Positions 22,095 to 34,530 of a DNA stretch of 64,000 nucleotides are shown one piece after another. The notes beneath the pieces are model-generated. The model was given only the letters and a program-made list of their open reading frames with translations. It searched no databases and had not been told where the DNA came from. This DNA is from Podarcis erhardii (lineage: Eukaryota), in the NCBI GenBank assembly GCA_964252035.1, contig OZ176212.1; one strand, written 5' to 3'. The translations under genes were made by a program, and so were the position numbers. Numbering within the stretch: position 1 is the stretch's first letter; each line of letters starts with the position of its first letter.

Positions 22095-25034
22095 ATGGAA
22101 GCCAATGCAGCAAGCGACGAGGGTGTGCATTTCCAGAGCTACCCCTTCGACTTCTTGGAGTTCCTGAACCACCAACGCTTTGAACCTATGGAGGCCTACA
22201 ACCACGAGCACGCCAAAGCAGTCGCCGCCCTCCCCTGCCCACAGCCACAGTACGACTACACCCAGCCGCCCGCTGCCGCCCCACCTGCCCACTTTGACCG
22301 TGTCCCCACCGCCGTTGGCACCTCCAAGCCCAAAGCTGAAGGCCCATCCTCCTCCTCTTCCTCGGCTGCCTCTTCTGCCAACGTTCAAGTCAAGAAAGCC
22401 GAACCGGGGGCTCCTGCACCACCACAGCAGCAACAACAGCAGCAGCAACAACAACAGCAACAGCAACCACCCTATACTGGTCCAGCAGTGGTGCCAGCAA
22501 CAGGCCAGCCTCTCTTCGATAGTACAGCAGCGGCTGCAGCCGCTGCCGCTGCCTACAACACTCCTCAGTGGGGCATTGTGGACCTTTCTGGCCACCAGCA
22601 CCTCTTCAGCAGCCTGAAACGTGGGCAGGCCCCGCCCCCAGCTACAGCCACTGTTGCTACTGACAGCCAGGCGGGCAAAGACGACAAGAACTACTTCCGG
22701 CGCTTGAAATATTTCATCGACCGCCGTTTCCCGTGCGGCGTGTGCCAGAAATCCTTCAAGCAGTCGTCCCACCTTGTGCAACACATGTTGGTACATACCG
22801 GCGAGCGGCCCTACGAGTGCACCACCTGCGGCCGCACCTACAACCACATTTCCAGCCTCATCCGGCACCGCCGCTGCCACAAGGACACCGAGGATGCCAC
22901 GGCGGCTGCCAACGCGGCTGCTGCTAACGCAGCCGCGGCAGCAGCCGCTGCTGCAGCCGCTGCCGCAGCTGTTGCCACCAACGCAACTGCTGCTTCTGGT
23001 GCCGAGGGAGCAGCTCAGCCTCCTACTCAGAGCGGCAACCCTCAGGTGGTTCCCGCATCCGCTGGGACGGCAGCCGCCTCCGCCCTCAGTGCTGCCATCG
23101 CTCAGGCTGAAGGCCCGTTCACCTGCTCTCTCTGCTGGAAGGTGTTCAAGAAACCAAGCCACCTGCACCAGCACCAGATCATCCACACGGGCGAGAAGCC
23201 GTTCTCATGCTCCGTCTGCCAGAAGAGCTTCAACCGACGCGAGAGCCTAAAGCGGCACGTGCGGACCCACTCGGATCTCCTGCGAGTGCAGTGCGGGGTT
23301 TGCGGCAAGGAGTTCCGGGACGCTTCCTACCTTCTGAAGCACCAGGCTACCCACGCGCCACCCGGAACCTTGCCGCCACGCCCCGAGTACAAGTGCGACA
23401 TCTGTGGCAAGGGCTATGTGGCTCCCCAGAACCTCCTGCGCCATCGGCAGCTGCAGCACGAGGGAGCCCAGCTGCCCAAGGATGGCACCAACGCCCTGTC
23501 CTACCTGCCGCCGGGAGCTTATCTCCTCCCACAAGACCCGCAGGCGACCGGTTCTGACGGCGACACCAAGCCCACATCCTACGGGCTCTTGGGTCACCCG
23601 CTGCTGGTGGGGACGGCAGCGGGCAAGAACTTTTGCTGCGGGATCTGCGGCCGCGGCTTTGGGCGCCGGGAGACGCTGAAGCGCCACGAGAGGATCCACA
23701 CCGGGGAGAAGCCTCACCAGTGCGCCGTGTGTGGAAAACGCTTCCGCGAGTCATTCCACCTCAGCAAACACCACGTGGTGCACACGCGGGAGAGGCCCTA
23801 CAAGTGCGAGATCTGTGGGAAGGTGTTTGGCTACCCGCAGAGCTTGACCCGCCACAAGCAGATCCACCGGCTGCAGCTGCCTTGCTCTTTGCCACCCATG
23901 GGGCCCTCGCTGGCACCCATGGGTCCTTCGCTGCCGCCGCCTCCCGAAGGGCTGACCTACGGCTGCTCTGACTGTGGAGAGCGCTTCCCCGATCTCTTCC
24001 ACGTCATGAGCCACAAGGAAGTTCACGTGGCCGAGAAGCCATACCCGTGTGACGTCTGCGGCAAGTGCTTTGGCTTCATTGAGAATCTCATGTGGCACAA
24101 GCTGGTTCACCAGGCTGCCCCCGAGCGGCTCCTGCCACCGGACGAGACGGCCGCAGCGGTGGCGCCTCTGGAGAACGGACTGGCCAGTGGCGACAACATG
24201 ACGTCTTTCGAAGACCACCACCCCACCTTGCCCAGCGGGGAGCGCTTTTCCTGCTCCATCTGCGGCCAGACCTTCAAGCATTTCCTGGGCCTTGTGACCC
24301 ACAAGTACGTTCACCTGGTGCGGCGCACGCTGGCCTGTTCAGTCTGCGGGCAGAGCTTCGCGGGGGCCTATGACCTGCTGCTGCACCGCCGCACCCACCT
24401 GCAGAAGCGGCACTTCTCCTGCCCGGTGTGCGGCAAGCGGTTCTGGGAGGCCGCCCTCCTGATGCGCCACCAGCGCTGCCACACCGAGGAGCGCCCTTAC
24501 CGCTGCACGGTCTGCGGGCGCGGCTTCCTGCGCTCCTGGTACCTGCGCCAGCACAAAGTGGTGCACACCGGCGAGCGGGCCTACAAGTGCGCTCTCTGCA
24601 ACAAGCGCTTTGCCCAGTCGTCCAGCCTGGCCGAGCACCAGCGCCTCCATGTGGTGGCTCGGCCCCAGCGCTGCCCCACCTGCGGCAAGACCTTCCGCTA
24701 CCGCAGCAACCTTCTGGAGCACCAGCGGGTGCACCTGGGCGAGAAGGTCTACCGCTGCGACCGCTGCTCCAAGAGCTTCTTCTACCTGTCCTCCATCCTG
24801 CGCCACCAGCGCTCCCACGATGCCAAGCGCGAGCTGCGATGCGGGGCCTGCCTCAAGCTCTTCAAAGACCCCAAGTACTTCAGCAAACACGTCCAGGCCC
24901 ACCAGGGAGGGCGGCCGTTTAAGTGCAGCACCTGTGGAGAAGCCTTCTCCAACACCTATGGCCTCAAGAAACACCGCCACATCCACAAGATGGAGCGCTT
25001 TGCCGCCATGGGAGGCCACAAGGAGCAAGCCTAG
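22095..25034 (+). CDS. ZNF865: Zinc finger protein 865, 979 aa, 20 C2H2 fingers, polyQ and polyA tracts; single coding exon
   Basis: N-terminus MEAN...GVHFQSYPFDFLEFLNHQRFEPME matches ZNF865 as recalled. Acceptor tttgtctag at 22070-22071 puts the ORF-track start (21957) in the intron. 20 C2H2 motifs counted by eye. Confidence 0.95.
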   Translation: MEANAASDEGVHFQSYPFDFLEFLNHQRFEPMEAYNHEHAKAVAALPCPQPQYDYTQPPAAAPPAHFDRVPTAVGTSKPKAEGPSSSSSSAASSANVQVKKAEPGAPAPPQQQQQQQQQQQQQQPPYTGPAVVPATGQPLFDSTAAAAAAAAAYNTPQWGIVDLSGHQHLFSSLKRGQAPPPATATVATDSQAGKDDKNYFRRLKYFIDRRFPCGVCQKSFKQSSHLVQHMLVHTGERPYECTTCGRTYNHISSLIRHRRCHKDTEDATAAANAAAANAAAAAAAAAAAAAAVATNATAASGAEGAAQPPTQSGNPQVVPASAGTAAASALSAAIAQAEGPFTCSLCWKVFKKPSHLHQHQIIHTGEKPFSCSVCQKSFNRRESLKRHVRTHSDLLRVQCGVCGKEFRDASYLLKHQATHAPPGTLPPRPEYKCDICGKGYVAPQNLLRHRQLQHEGAQLPKDGTNALSYLPPGAYLLPQDPQATGSDGDTKPTSYGLLGHPLLVGTAAGKNFCCGICGRGFGRRETLKRHERIHTGEKPHQCAVCGKRFRESFHLSKHHVVHTRERPYKCEICGKVFGYPQSLTRHKQIHRLQLPCSLPPMGPSLAPMGPSLPPPPEGLTYGCSDCGERFPDLFHVMSHKEVHVAEKPYPCDVCGKCFGFIENLMWHKLVHQAAPERLLPPDETAAAVAPLENGLASGDNMTSFEDHHPTLPSGERFSCSICGQTFKHFLGLVTHKYVHLVRRTLACSVCGQSFAGAYDLLLHRRTHLQKRHFSCPVCGKRFWEAALLMRHQRCHTEERPYRCTVCGRGFLRSWYLRQHKVVHTGERAYKCALCNKRFAQSSSLAEHQRLHVVARPQRCPTCGKTFRYRSNLLEHQRVHLGEKVYRCDRCSKSFFYLSSILRHQRSHDAKRELRCGACLKLFKDPKYFSKHVQAHQGGRPFKCSTCGEAFSNTYGLKKHRHIHKMERFAAMGGHKEQA

Positions 25035-28000
25035 CGCTGGGGGCAGGGGAAGAAAATCTGGGCGGTCCTTTATCTTGGTACTTGAGGGTGGGAAGAGGAG
25101 GCTAGTTCCTGTCTGTTGCAAGCCACAAGGGCAGGCGTTTCCCTGTAGTAAAATGGCAGTAAGATCCTATGTTTGGGGAAGGATATGGGAGAGTCCTCAA
25201 GTCACAATTGCATGGGGCAATCCACGGAGAACCAGGGATGCAGCACAGGATTGGTTTACGTAGGTATCCTTCCTGGACCTTGGTTTTCCCCAAACAAATA
25301 GCTGTTGCCCTGTCCATCCTGGATTCCCTAGTCTAAACTGATAGGAGAGGATGGCTGTCATAGAAATTACCTTTCTTACCAAGAACGGATGGACATTTAT
25401 TACCTTTTCCAGGAAGTGGGAGCAGAGGAATGATGTTCTTGTGGAATAATAAGCCTAGATACTGAAAGAGAGAAGACGCCATCTAGGTTCCCATTTACAG
25501 GAAGAGATGGCTCTTCCTTTCCTCCATTTAAGTGTTAGAGCCAATTCATAAATTTCAGTAGAGGGCAGGACATGGTACAGTCCTTCAGGAGCGCTTGCCA
25601 AATTTTACTGTGAACCCAGCCACCTGATCTATGCCATGTAGGTCTTGCTTCCTTTCTGGAGGAAAGACATTGATTTGGGTGCTTCCTTTACCTCTGACAA
25701 TGGGCTGCTTTTCCTCTTTCAAATACCTTAGTTGCCCATGGGACCTGGTTGCTGACAGAAGATAGTGTCCCGTCCCCCACCACCATTTACCTGTGTAGGA
25801 AATTAGAGGAGCTTGCTTGAACTTTGCATATCGTACAATATGATCTAGATGCTGCCACACCATAAAATATCTACCTGTCTTCCCACCTCCAGGACAGTTA
25901 CCACTTCATGATGCAGCTGGAGGATCATAAACCCGAATGCTCCCTCACTTTAAAAACAAAACACTCATAGGAAACAAGCGAGTCTGGAGGAAGGGTTCTA
26001 GCCTAGCCTTCTCCCCGATACCTTCCACATGCAGGGAATACAGTATTGAATATGAAAGAGCATTCAGATAGGTCATTTCCCCCCTTGTGTATCTTGAAGT
26101 GGTGTAGGCCCAGAAAGACTGTACCATGTGGTCTTTTTCCGAATTTTCAAATTGACACACCAGTTAGCTAGTGTGTGTTGCCTTCTTCCTCCTGCCAGAA
26201 CCTCTCATGGTTGTGGTTGCGTATGAAGCTGAGAGAGAGGAAAGCAAACGTACCTGGTGGCTCTGCATCCCACAGTGAGATAAGTTGCTTTGGGTTGCAC
26301 AGCACATCCAGTGCTTCACCCCCAGTTCTTCCGCTCCCACAAGCCCACGCTGTTCTTGGCAACACTTTTGGCGCCCTCACATCAGATAAATGGCAGACTT
26401 AACTAGTCTGTGGCTGGAGTACCCCACGGGGACTTTTTCATCCTCAGTCTTAAATCATGGACCTTCTTTCCCCCCACCCAAACAGGAATATTGGTCAGGT
26501 ATGGTCAAAAAGATTCTTCCAAACTCTCTAGCTCCCTGGCGTGGCTCCCCAGCACCCTCTCTGGGCGCCGCTCATCACCCTCTGGTTCTGAACAGGCAGA
26601 AGAGGAAGCTGAGTTACTACATGCAACCAAAGAGTTCTAAGAGCACGCCCCCTTGTGGACGGTGGACACCAGGTGGTTCGCCTCTCCCTCTCCCTCGTGA
26701 TCCAAGTTGACCTTCTACATCTAATAAGACAGTTGTGACGGGAAACGTTATTGCTTTTCCATGTTGGAGCGTGAAGACTTTCTTTCAGGTGGCAATACCA
26801 AAGGTGCCTCCTTGCCATTTCTGGTCTACATCCCTGCATCTGCATCCATAGTTCCTACTTTGGTGAGATGGACAGTCCAAGGATAGGAGGACCCAAAGAT
26901 GCTTTTATTATTCCAGTGTGGTTGCCCAGTGCCTGGAAGAAGAGGGAAAGGGGGATGTTGCCAAAGTTGCAGAGATGCCTGGGGATAGAGAATCGTGATA
27001 GAAATGGACTCGGCTGTGGGGTGGGGCGTTCCTTTAAAGGAAACCTCGCGGAATTTGGTGACCCAGTGTCCTATTTGACGAAGAGTGTGAAGAACAGAAA
27101 GGAGATGGGAAGAGGGTTCAGCCTGTTATTTTCCAGCCTCGGTTCCACATTTCCTATGTTGGGTCAACTCCAGGGGGAAACTCTTTGTCCATGTTGAGTC
27201 AGGCCCAGTTATCTTAATGTCTCTGACAGACTGAAATACTACTGACTAATGTCCTGCCTCCATAAGTGGCTGATACTGGATGTTCTCTTTCTTGTTTTAT
27301 CTTTATACTAAAGTTTTAAGGCCTGAACGTGTAGCTGAAATTCAGTGGATTCTCCCCATGGTGGTGGATATAACTCTCCCTGCCTTACATGGAAACTTTC
27401 CATATAGAATTTTCCCTCCCTGACTTTGTAATTTGCCAATAGAGCTGAGTTTAATATTAGATTCTCCTCCCTCCTTATGAATACAAGTGTATCTTGTTTA
27501 TACCATACCTGCTTCGTAGGAAGAGCTGCTTCTGCGTTGAGTTGAGCATGGTTTCCACGGAAACCCCACGGAAAGATGTGGTAACCCCAAAACTGATGAC
27601 CTGTTCTCACACTAAAGGCTGTTGTTTATACCATCTACTTTTATTACCCAGGAATAACAAGCGAGTTCACAACAACTAATCTAGTAGATGATTTGTCTGT
27701 CCAATTGTTTTAAGTGTAGGTTCCCAAATGGACGATGGAGCATGACAGGGTGAAACAAGTCTTATGCATTCCCAGGTGACCTAAGACAAAAATACTATGT
27801 ATCGAAACCACAACATAACATTGTTTCACACATAACAGGATTTCCAATGGATTTTTTTCCCTCCAGAATAATTTACAGGCCTAAAATATAGAAGACAAAT
27901 TTCCATACAGCTATGGAATTCCTGTTTCAGTCACAGAATTTATGCTAATATATTCAGCCAGGCCTTTCCTATGAGAATGGTGTTCTGTTTCCTACAGTTG

Positions 28001-29279
28001 ACAAAATGTAGTCTCGACTTTCATCCTAAATTTTTAAAAGTTCTTTAAAAAGAAAAGAAAAAAAGGTTTTAACGTTTTCTGACCTTAGAAGAGCAGCTAC
28101 TCCATCTTAACACCCCTTAATCACCTCCTGTATTCACAATGATTAGAAAGTAGCAAGAGAGAGTTCGCCTCCCCACTCACACTTTTAATTTTTTTATTTA
28201 CAGGTGAAGAGAGGGAGCTGAGGGCAAAATGGCTCTCTTTGCTTCCAGCCAAAATTCTAATGCCAGAGAGCAGAGAACTCTGCTCATCTGCCTGCTGTCA
28301 CTTGTAAGATCAGGTTTGCTTAAGAAATGAAGCTTGTGCCCACTCTTCATTCTAGGAGTGGTTTGATTTTTCCAAGTATGTTTCCCTGTTCTCCGTTGTA
28401 GTTTGGTTTGGATAGTTGGTGCGATGTGAAATTGTCATGCCTCACTCTCGTGTGAAAGATGCTATTTAAAAAAGAGCTGAACAGCACTTCTAATTTTCCT
28501 CTATTAAGAGGTCATGGGATTAGAGAGTAAGAGGTGGCATTCTATGGCTTGAATTCTGTGGGAAAGTTCTGTAGGGACTAAGGTCAAACACAGCTGTTCC
28601 AGGTTTTAATTCTGGTTGGGCAATGGGATCCTTTTGAAGACGCAGTTGGAGTGTGCGATCAAGACTTGCCAACTAACCTTCCCACTTCACTGCTCTGCCT
28701 TTTATATAAATATACCTGGATGGATTCTTAGCTCTGAAGTGTGTGCATCACTAGGATGCTGGCTGTCCTACAGATTCTCATCACCCCTGATGCCTTGCCT
28801 GCTGTGAACGGGAATTGTGAAGATCCTCCTGTCTTTTCCAAGCATCAGACCTGATGTTTTAAGATGCCGCAAGACACACAATCATCTGAACTTCCATCAG
28901 CCCTCCAGTTCATTGGGGAACATGGATTCTCTGGTTCTGACAGCGGGCGATGTTTTCCCATGCTCCCCACTCATCCCAAACTGGGAGATGGACATTTTTG
29001 AGACAGGACTCAAACATTCCCAGACCAGTGACTGTTGCGATCTCTGAAAAGAGTCCTGCCGCAGATAGGATCCAACCCATTGCAATCATGTTAGCAAGAT
29101 GACTTTTTATATTAATACAGATCTATAAATACATACGTTTATATATAAATACTTCTTTTTCTAACTACCCCTTTCTCCCATTGGCCATAGGAAGTGCAGT
29201 ACTTTTGGTGCCAAGATTCAAGTCCCTTATGATAACGTGTACTAAAATATAATATGTATAGGACCCCCTCATTGTCCAT

Positions 29280-29470
29280 GCAGCTGATGGGCCTGGACCG
29301 CTATAACCTGTCCCGTCCTCCTTGGTGGTGCCCCTTTGGGAACTGTACAGCGTGTGTTTTTCTCAGTCGGGGTTAGGGGAATGGGAGCGTGTGTTTGTGT
29401 TTTAAACCAAGCTATTGTTTTAAAGGTGTCTGATTTACGATGTACAGACTAAACAAACATTAAAAAAATA
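29280..29470 (+). terminator. Probable distal end of a long (~4.4 kb) ZNF865 3' UTR, ATTAAA at 29459-29464
   Basis: ATTAAA preceded by a GU/U-rich, UTR-like segment; little obvious repeat content in 25035-29470. Inferred only, no transcript data. Confidence 0.35.
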
Positions 29471-32289
29471 AGAATTGGAAAGCGTATGTCCCATGCATTG
29501 AGGGGGCTCCAGATTTGCTTGTTTTGCTAACTGTTGGTGTGGAGGGAGCTTCACTTTAAGAATCCCAAGTAGCTAGACCACTGAAGTGTTGGGACTATGT
29601 AAAGGGCAGAAGAACATGAGGGCTTGTAGATCCCAAACAACTGCAGCAAAAAAAGGAGATGGATACCCACAGTGGCTAGTATCAGGTTATCAGAGCTTGA
29701 AACTTTGATATGAGCTGGGCTGTGGGAAGAGCAGAATCCTATACCCAGCCGCAGGAGAAAGATCAAGGTGGGTTTGCCAGAAATCTTGCACAGTCTTCTA
29801 TTAGAAGAGGTTTTCTGCCGTCCTGGGGTCCCACCTTCCTCCTTTAGCCAATCAGGGCAGTGGGTAGGGCTTTCTTACTCTTAAGTGAGGTGCCTCGGCT
29901 ACATGAGCCACAGCTCTCCAACAAGTTGGTATGAAGAAGTACGCAAGGCTTGGTGGAATCTCACTGAGATTTAAAAAGAATGTTGAGGTCATCCCTAGAA
30001 ATCAAACATTCGGAAGCAAACTGTTGAGTACCAGCATTTCCAACTCTTCTCTGCCAGTTTCGTATAGGCTACTGGAGATGGAGAAGGCTCGGATGATCCT
30101 TGGAAGCAAACTTGCTGGCAATTTCAACATTGCAGTTTTACACACATTCAAGTGTTGCTGTTGAAATTGATTTTTTTTGTTAAGTCCTAAGGCATTAACA
30201 AGACAAGTATCGGCATACCAAGTAGGATGCTTTTCTCTCCCTTTTTGCATTTCAGGAACAGAGCATTCCAATGGTATCTAGAAGCTGGGTGAATTTAAAT
30301 CAGAATGTTAAACTTTGCAAGCAAATAAAGCGAGGAAGAATTGGTTTTGAGAAACCTTTCCTCCTTCCTTCTTAACTTTACAGGGGAACTGCTTAATGCC
30401 AGATCAAGGTGTTTGTTCATGTAGCCCAGGGCGGCCCAACTTTTCAAACCAAGTAGGCCGCAGGAGTACTTGGACAAGGAACCCATGGACCACAAACTTT
30501 GAGAAGGCAGCGCAAGACCCAGTGGGGAGGGGCATATGTTGCTGAGGGCCATCAAAAACGGTATTGAGGGTTGTGCATTGGACCACCCTGGTGTAGCCTG
30601 TGTTGTCTCCTTTGACTACTAGCAGCAGTTTTCCAGAACCCTCAGGCGAAAAGACTTTCCTCACTTGCTATCCAATCCTTTCACACTAAGATGTCAGTAA
30701 CTGAACCTGGGACCTCTGTGCAAAGTCTCTGCTCTACCACTTGAGCTAGGTTCAATTTTGGCTCATCCCTACGAGGATGGGCAAGTTGGAGAAGCTGGAG
30801 AGCATCTGGCCCAGAAGACTGCGTTTGGCTCTTGCTTCCTTTTTTCTTTTCCTATTATGTATGTGGAAGGGTCCTGGATTAACACCAGGTAAATCTACAT
30901 GATCTTGTGTGACAGACATTTCTGTGATGCTCCATTTTGAAGGAGATACTTAAAATATATCTGCTATCACAAATGGAGCCTAAACACTATGAAGAACATT
31001 GACAATTTAAAGTGGAGGCAAGTAATACTTCCAACATGGAATTTTTTTCTCTTGTGAAATTGGTACAATGCACCCAGCTCAGACAATGAAGCAAAAGTGC
31101 TGCATACAGGAAATGGCTGTTAAAACTCACCCCTGGGAGGAGACCACGTAAACTTCAAATGTTTATACTGCAAGATCTGCCATGAGAAATGCAGAACTGA
31201 GAATGCCTAGTCTCAGGGAAAAGCTAGAAAACAAAAGAATTCATAAAGTGTTTGATGTGCAATAGAGGTCTAAACTGATGATAATATTTGGAATGGATAT
31301 TTAAGGTAGCTGTTTAGTGGAACTATCTTTGGTAACAGCAAGTAGCCTGAGAGGTTGGTTCAACAATTTTTTCTACCTAAATTTTTCCATTGGGGTTATA
31401 TGCAAATTCAACTATGTTTAACAAAATATTTTTTAACTGGCTAGTGCTTGCAAAGCAAAATGTCAAGAATAATTTGGTTTAAAACGTGGCTACAACAACT
31501 TTTCAGAAGATTTTATTTCTACCTTTGGATTTCTGCTTACAACTTTTACAAGACCGGGGGACCTTTCTTCTAAAGACCTTTTCCCCAACTTCTTGTAACA
31601 TGAACAAATCTTGTTTTTCATCTTCTTTATTTACTTATAGCTTTTTTCAAATGCATTTTAAAAAATCATTTCAGATTTGCCCTCCTGAGGGTAAAAACAC
31701 ACATTATAAATTGTGGGTTATGATCGCTATGAACAGGACCATGCATCTGCTTTTTTAAAAAAGCAACAACAACCCAATACTGCATCAGTATACCTAGTGT
31801 TGGTATCTATTAGTACAATCCTATGTCTACTCAGAAGTAAGTCTAATGAGTTCATTGGGCTTTCTTCCAAGAAAACGGATATAGGATTACAGCCCAAACC
31901 ATCTGCACTCTAGCAATTGTGTAATTACACAAATGAAGTAAATGATAACTTGCTTATTTCATATAATACCATTTTTCTTCTGCTAGCAGTGGGAAGGGGC
32001 AGACACCTGTACAAGGCACTGGTTTCTAGAAGTGCTCAGCTACTCCTTGCCCCAATTTCAGAAATGTTACCGACCGTTAGCCATGCACTTTAGGCCTCTC
32101 TCTTCATTAGTTTGGTTCAGATGTAATGCCCAAACCAAGAAAAGTAGTAAGATTTGGTTCACAGGTAATTGCAAACAAACAAACAAACAAAAAGAGCTGC
32201 AAGATCCTAGCCCTCAAGCCTATGGCTACATTTAGATGGAATGCCAAACCACACTTTACATAATCAAGCCTTTAGACTTACTAATACAG

Positions 32290-32365
32290 GGGTGTCAAAC
32301 TCAAATTCATCGGGGGCCGCATCAGCAGTTTGGTCACCCTCAAAGGGCCGGTTGTATCTGTAGGA
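32290..32365 (+). mobile_element. hAT (Charlie-like) terminal fragment
   Basis: caggggtgtcaaactc...gggggccgcatc...aagggccg, typical of a hAT non-autonomous left end. Confidence 0.55.
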
Positions 32366-32599
32366 CTTTATCAAAGTTATTTTTCCTTAGGCACTGGTGT
32401 GTGTTGTCTTGAACCTATACACTATTTAATATACCTATTCCAGTACGATTTTAAATAAGAATAGAAGAAATAATAATGATTTTTTTAAAAGATGACGAGA
32501 TGGGCTTCCAGGCAGACTGGAGCTCCAACGGGGAGGAGACAGGAGCCTGTCCCAACAGAGCAGAGCAGAAGCAAATGTTGCCTCCCGCCGCACTCAGAA

Positions 32600-33700
32600 G
32601 TCGGAGGATACGGAGCTGCAGTTTGGACAGCAGCAGTTTCTTCCTTGCAAGGGAGCCCCAGCGGCACTGCGGGCGCGGGTGGCCACGATGTCCTGCTGGG
32701 GTCCCGAGCTGCTGCAGTTGCTCCCGGGGAGGGGGCTATGCGCCAAGTCCTCCGGCCCGGAGAAAGCCGATGTGTTGGCGTGAGGAGGGGGGCGGTGTTT
32801 CGTAGCCAGGCTGCCGCAGCCAAGTTGCTGGCAGGCTCCCACTTTGCTCCAGCCGCCCAGATGCCGGCGCGGTCCTCTTCGGGGTGGGAGGCGCCCCTGC
32901 TTTGCAGTGTGGCACACCGCCCGCCCGCCAGGCTCCCTCCACCCCACTCTGTGCAGCTGAACCGGCAGCAGCTTCGCCTCTCCCAGCCCAGCCGGGGCGC
33001 GCCGCCTGCGGCAGGACCTGCGTCGGGTCCCCGCTCTCCACTCGCCTCCGCTGTTCCCTTCCCCGCCTGCCGGCCCCGCTACTTACCCACCAGGGCGACC
33101 CCCAGCCAGCCCCTGGCCCCGCCGCCCGCGCCCCCGGCCATCTCCTCGCTAGCTGCAGCGCCGCAGTGGCCTCTTCTTGCAGCCCGAGCGAGTGAGCGAG
33201 CGGCGTCCCAAGCATGGCTCTCGCTCCCTGCCCTCCCTGCCAGCCTCCGCGGCTCCTTCGGGCTCCAAAAGTTGCCCCGCGTGCGACCTGCCCCCTCGAG
33301 CAGCCGCGCCTGGGAGCCTCTGAAGGGCGGGGGCAGCCGGCTCCGAGCTCGGCTTCACGGGACCGCCTCCTCTGCAGCGAGCCCCGGACTGGACCAAGCG
33401 AGCAGAAAGCTTCTTTGCCCGGCCCGCGAGGCAGGCGAAAGTTGTGGGACCGGCCGGTAGGCAGCGCCGACGGGGTGCGTCGGTTGGAGCCTTGTCTGCA
33501 AACAGGCAGGGAAGGCTGTTCACATGGGTCACTTTTTAGAAAGGCAGAGAACCTCCGCCGGAGTACGGACCCTAAAATCTGGGTCGGGACCAGTAAAAAG
33601 GACGAGAAGCTCGCTTCCTCGCCCTTGATGCCACGGCCACATGACGAGGTCTGGCGTGCCGGATTCGGCCCGCGGACCTTGTGTTTGACACCCGTGTACT
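32600..33700. promoter_or_regulatory. Orphan CpG island between the 3' ends of ZNF865 and ZNF784
   Basis: Dense CpG and GC content; minus-strand GTAAGT donor at 33086-33081; not the promoter of any of the five recognised genes. Confidence 0.7.
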
Positions 33701-34240
33701 AATACATCATTGTTATACCTCACCCTTCCAATAGGAGCACAGGGTGGCCTAAAGCTACAAATAAAACAAATGTTGCTGGCGGTGGCAGCAGCAACAGCAG
33801 CATACTACCTTGAGAATTGCAAAACTCAAGTTTGACCCCAAAGCCTGGATAAGTAAAAGTGTTTTCAATTTATGTTAAAAGATTTCTCCTGTAGGGACCA
33901 AACAAATATCCGATGGGGGAGAGTTCCACATAGAGTGTTGCTGCATAAAATACCCTTTCCTGAGTAACTGCACTACCGACTGCTCCCTCCCCGCCCCCTT
34001 GCTCCAATTTCCTCCTGTACTTTGTTAACTTTGATTAAATCAACCCTATTTTACTTGCAAGCCAGAATTAGAAACCATGGTTTGATTATAATCTCTAGGT
34101 CTAGTTTGCAGAAAATCTCTTATTTGCAAAGAACCAGAAAGAACAAGAAGAGGGGGTAAGTAACCCACACCCAAGGCTTGATCATGAAACATATAACCAT
34201 CGTTTGGCATTCTCTCTGAAACACACCTGTGGCTCTAGAA

Positions 34241-34378
34241 CAGGCTTCCTCAACCTCAGTCCTCCAGATGCTTTGAGACTACAATTCCCATCATCCCTGA
34301 CCACTGGGTCTTCTAGCTAAGGATCATGGGAGTTGTAGGCCAAAAAAACATCTGGATGGCCGAGGCTGAGGAAGCCTG
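34241..34378. mobile_element. hAT MITE
   Basis: TIRs CAGGCTTCCTCAACCTC / GAGGCTGAGGAAGCCTG; degenerate 8-bp TSD ctctagaa / ggctagaa. Confidence 0.8.
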
Positions 34379-34530
34379 GGCTAGAAGCTTGCTGTTTTCT
34401 ACAAAGTTAAAAATGAGATTCTCAAAGACGCTGAAATCAGCATCTACTGTTGCAACGGTGCAGAAGTAGATGCAGCTCTGCCAACAGCTACAGTATGCCA
34501 TCTCCCCATGGAGTACTTCCTCCTCAAGAG

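Noticed and set aside
22068-25263. Long antisense and alternate-frame ORFs over ZNF865, and similar ones over ZNF524, ZNF784 and ZNF581
   Set aside because: Expected by-products of GC-rich, GC3-biased coding DNA with few stops in other frames; low-complexity products with no domain signature.
29551-29660. Strong-looking minus-strand acceptor at 29643-29641 as exon 2 of the orphan-island gene
   Set aside because: It gives only a short uninformative frame and the region resembles a decayed MITE.
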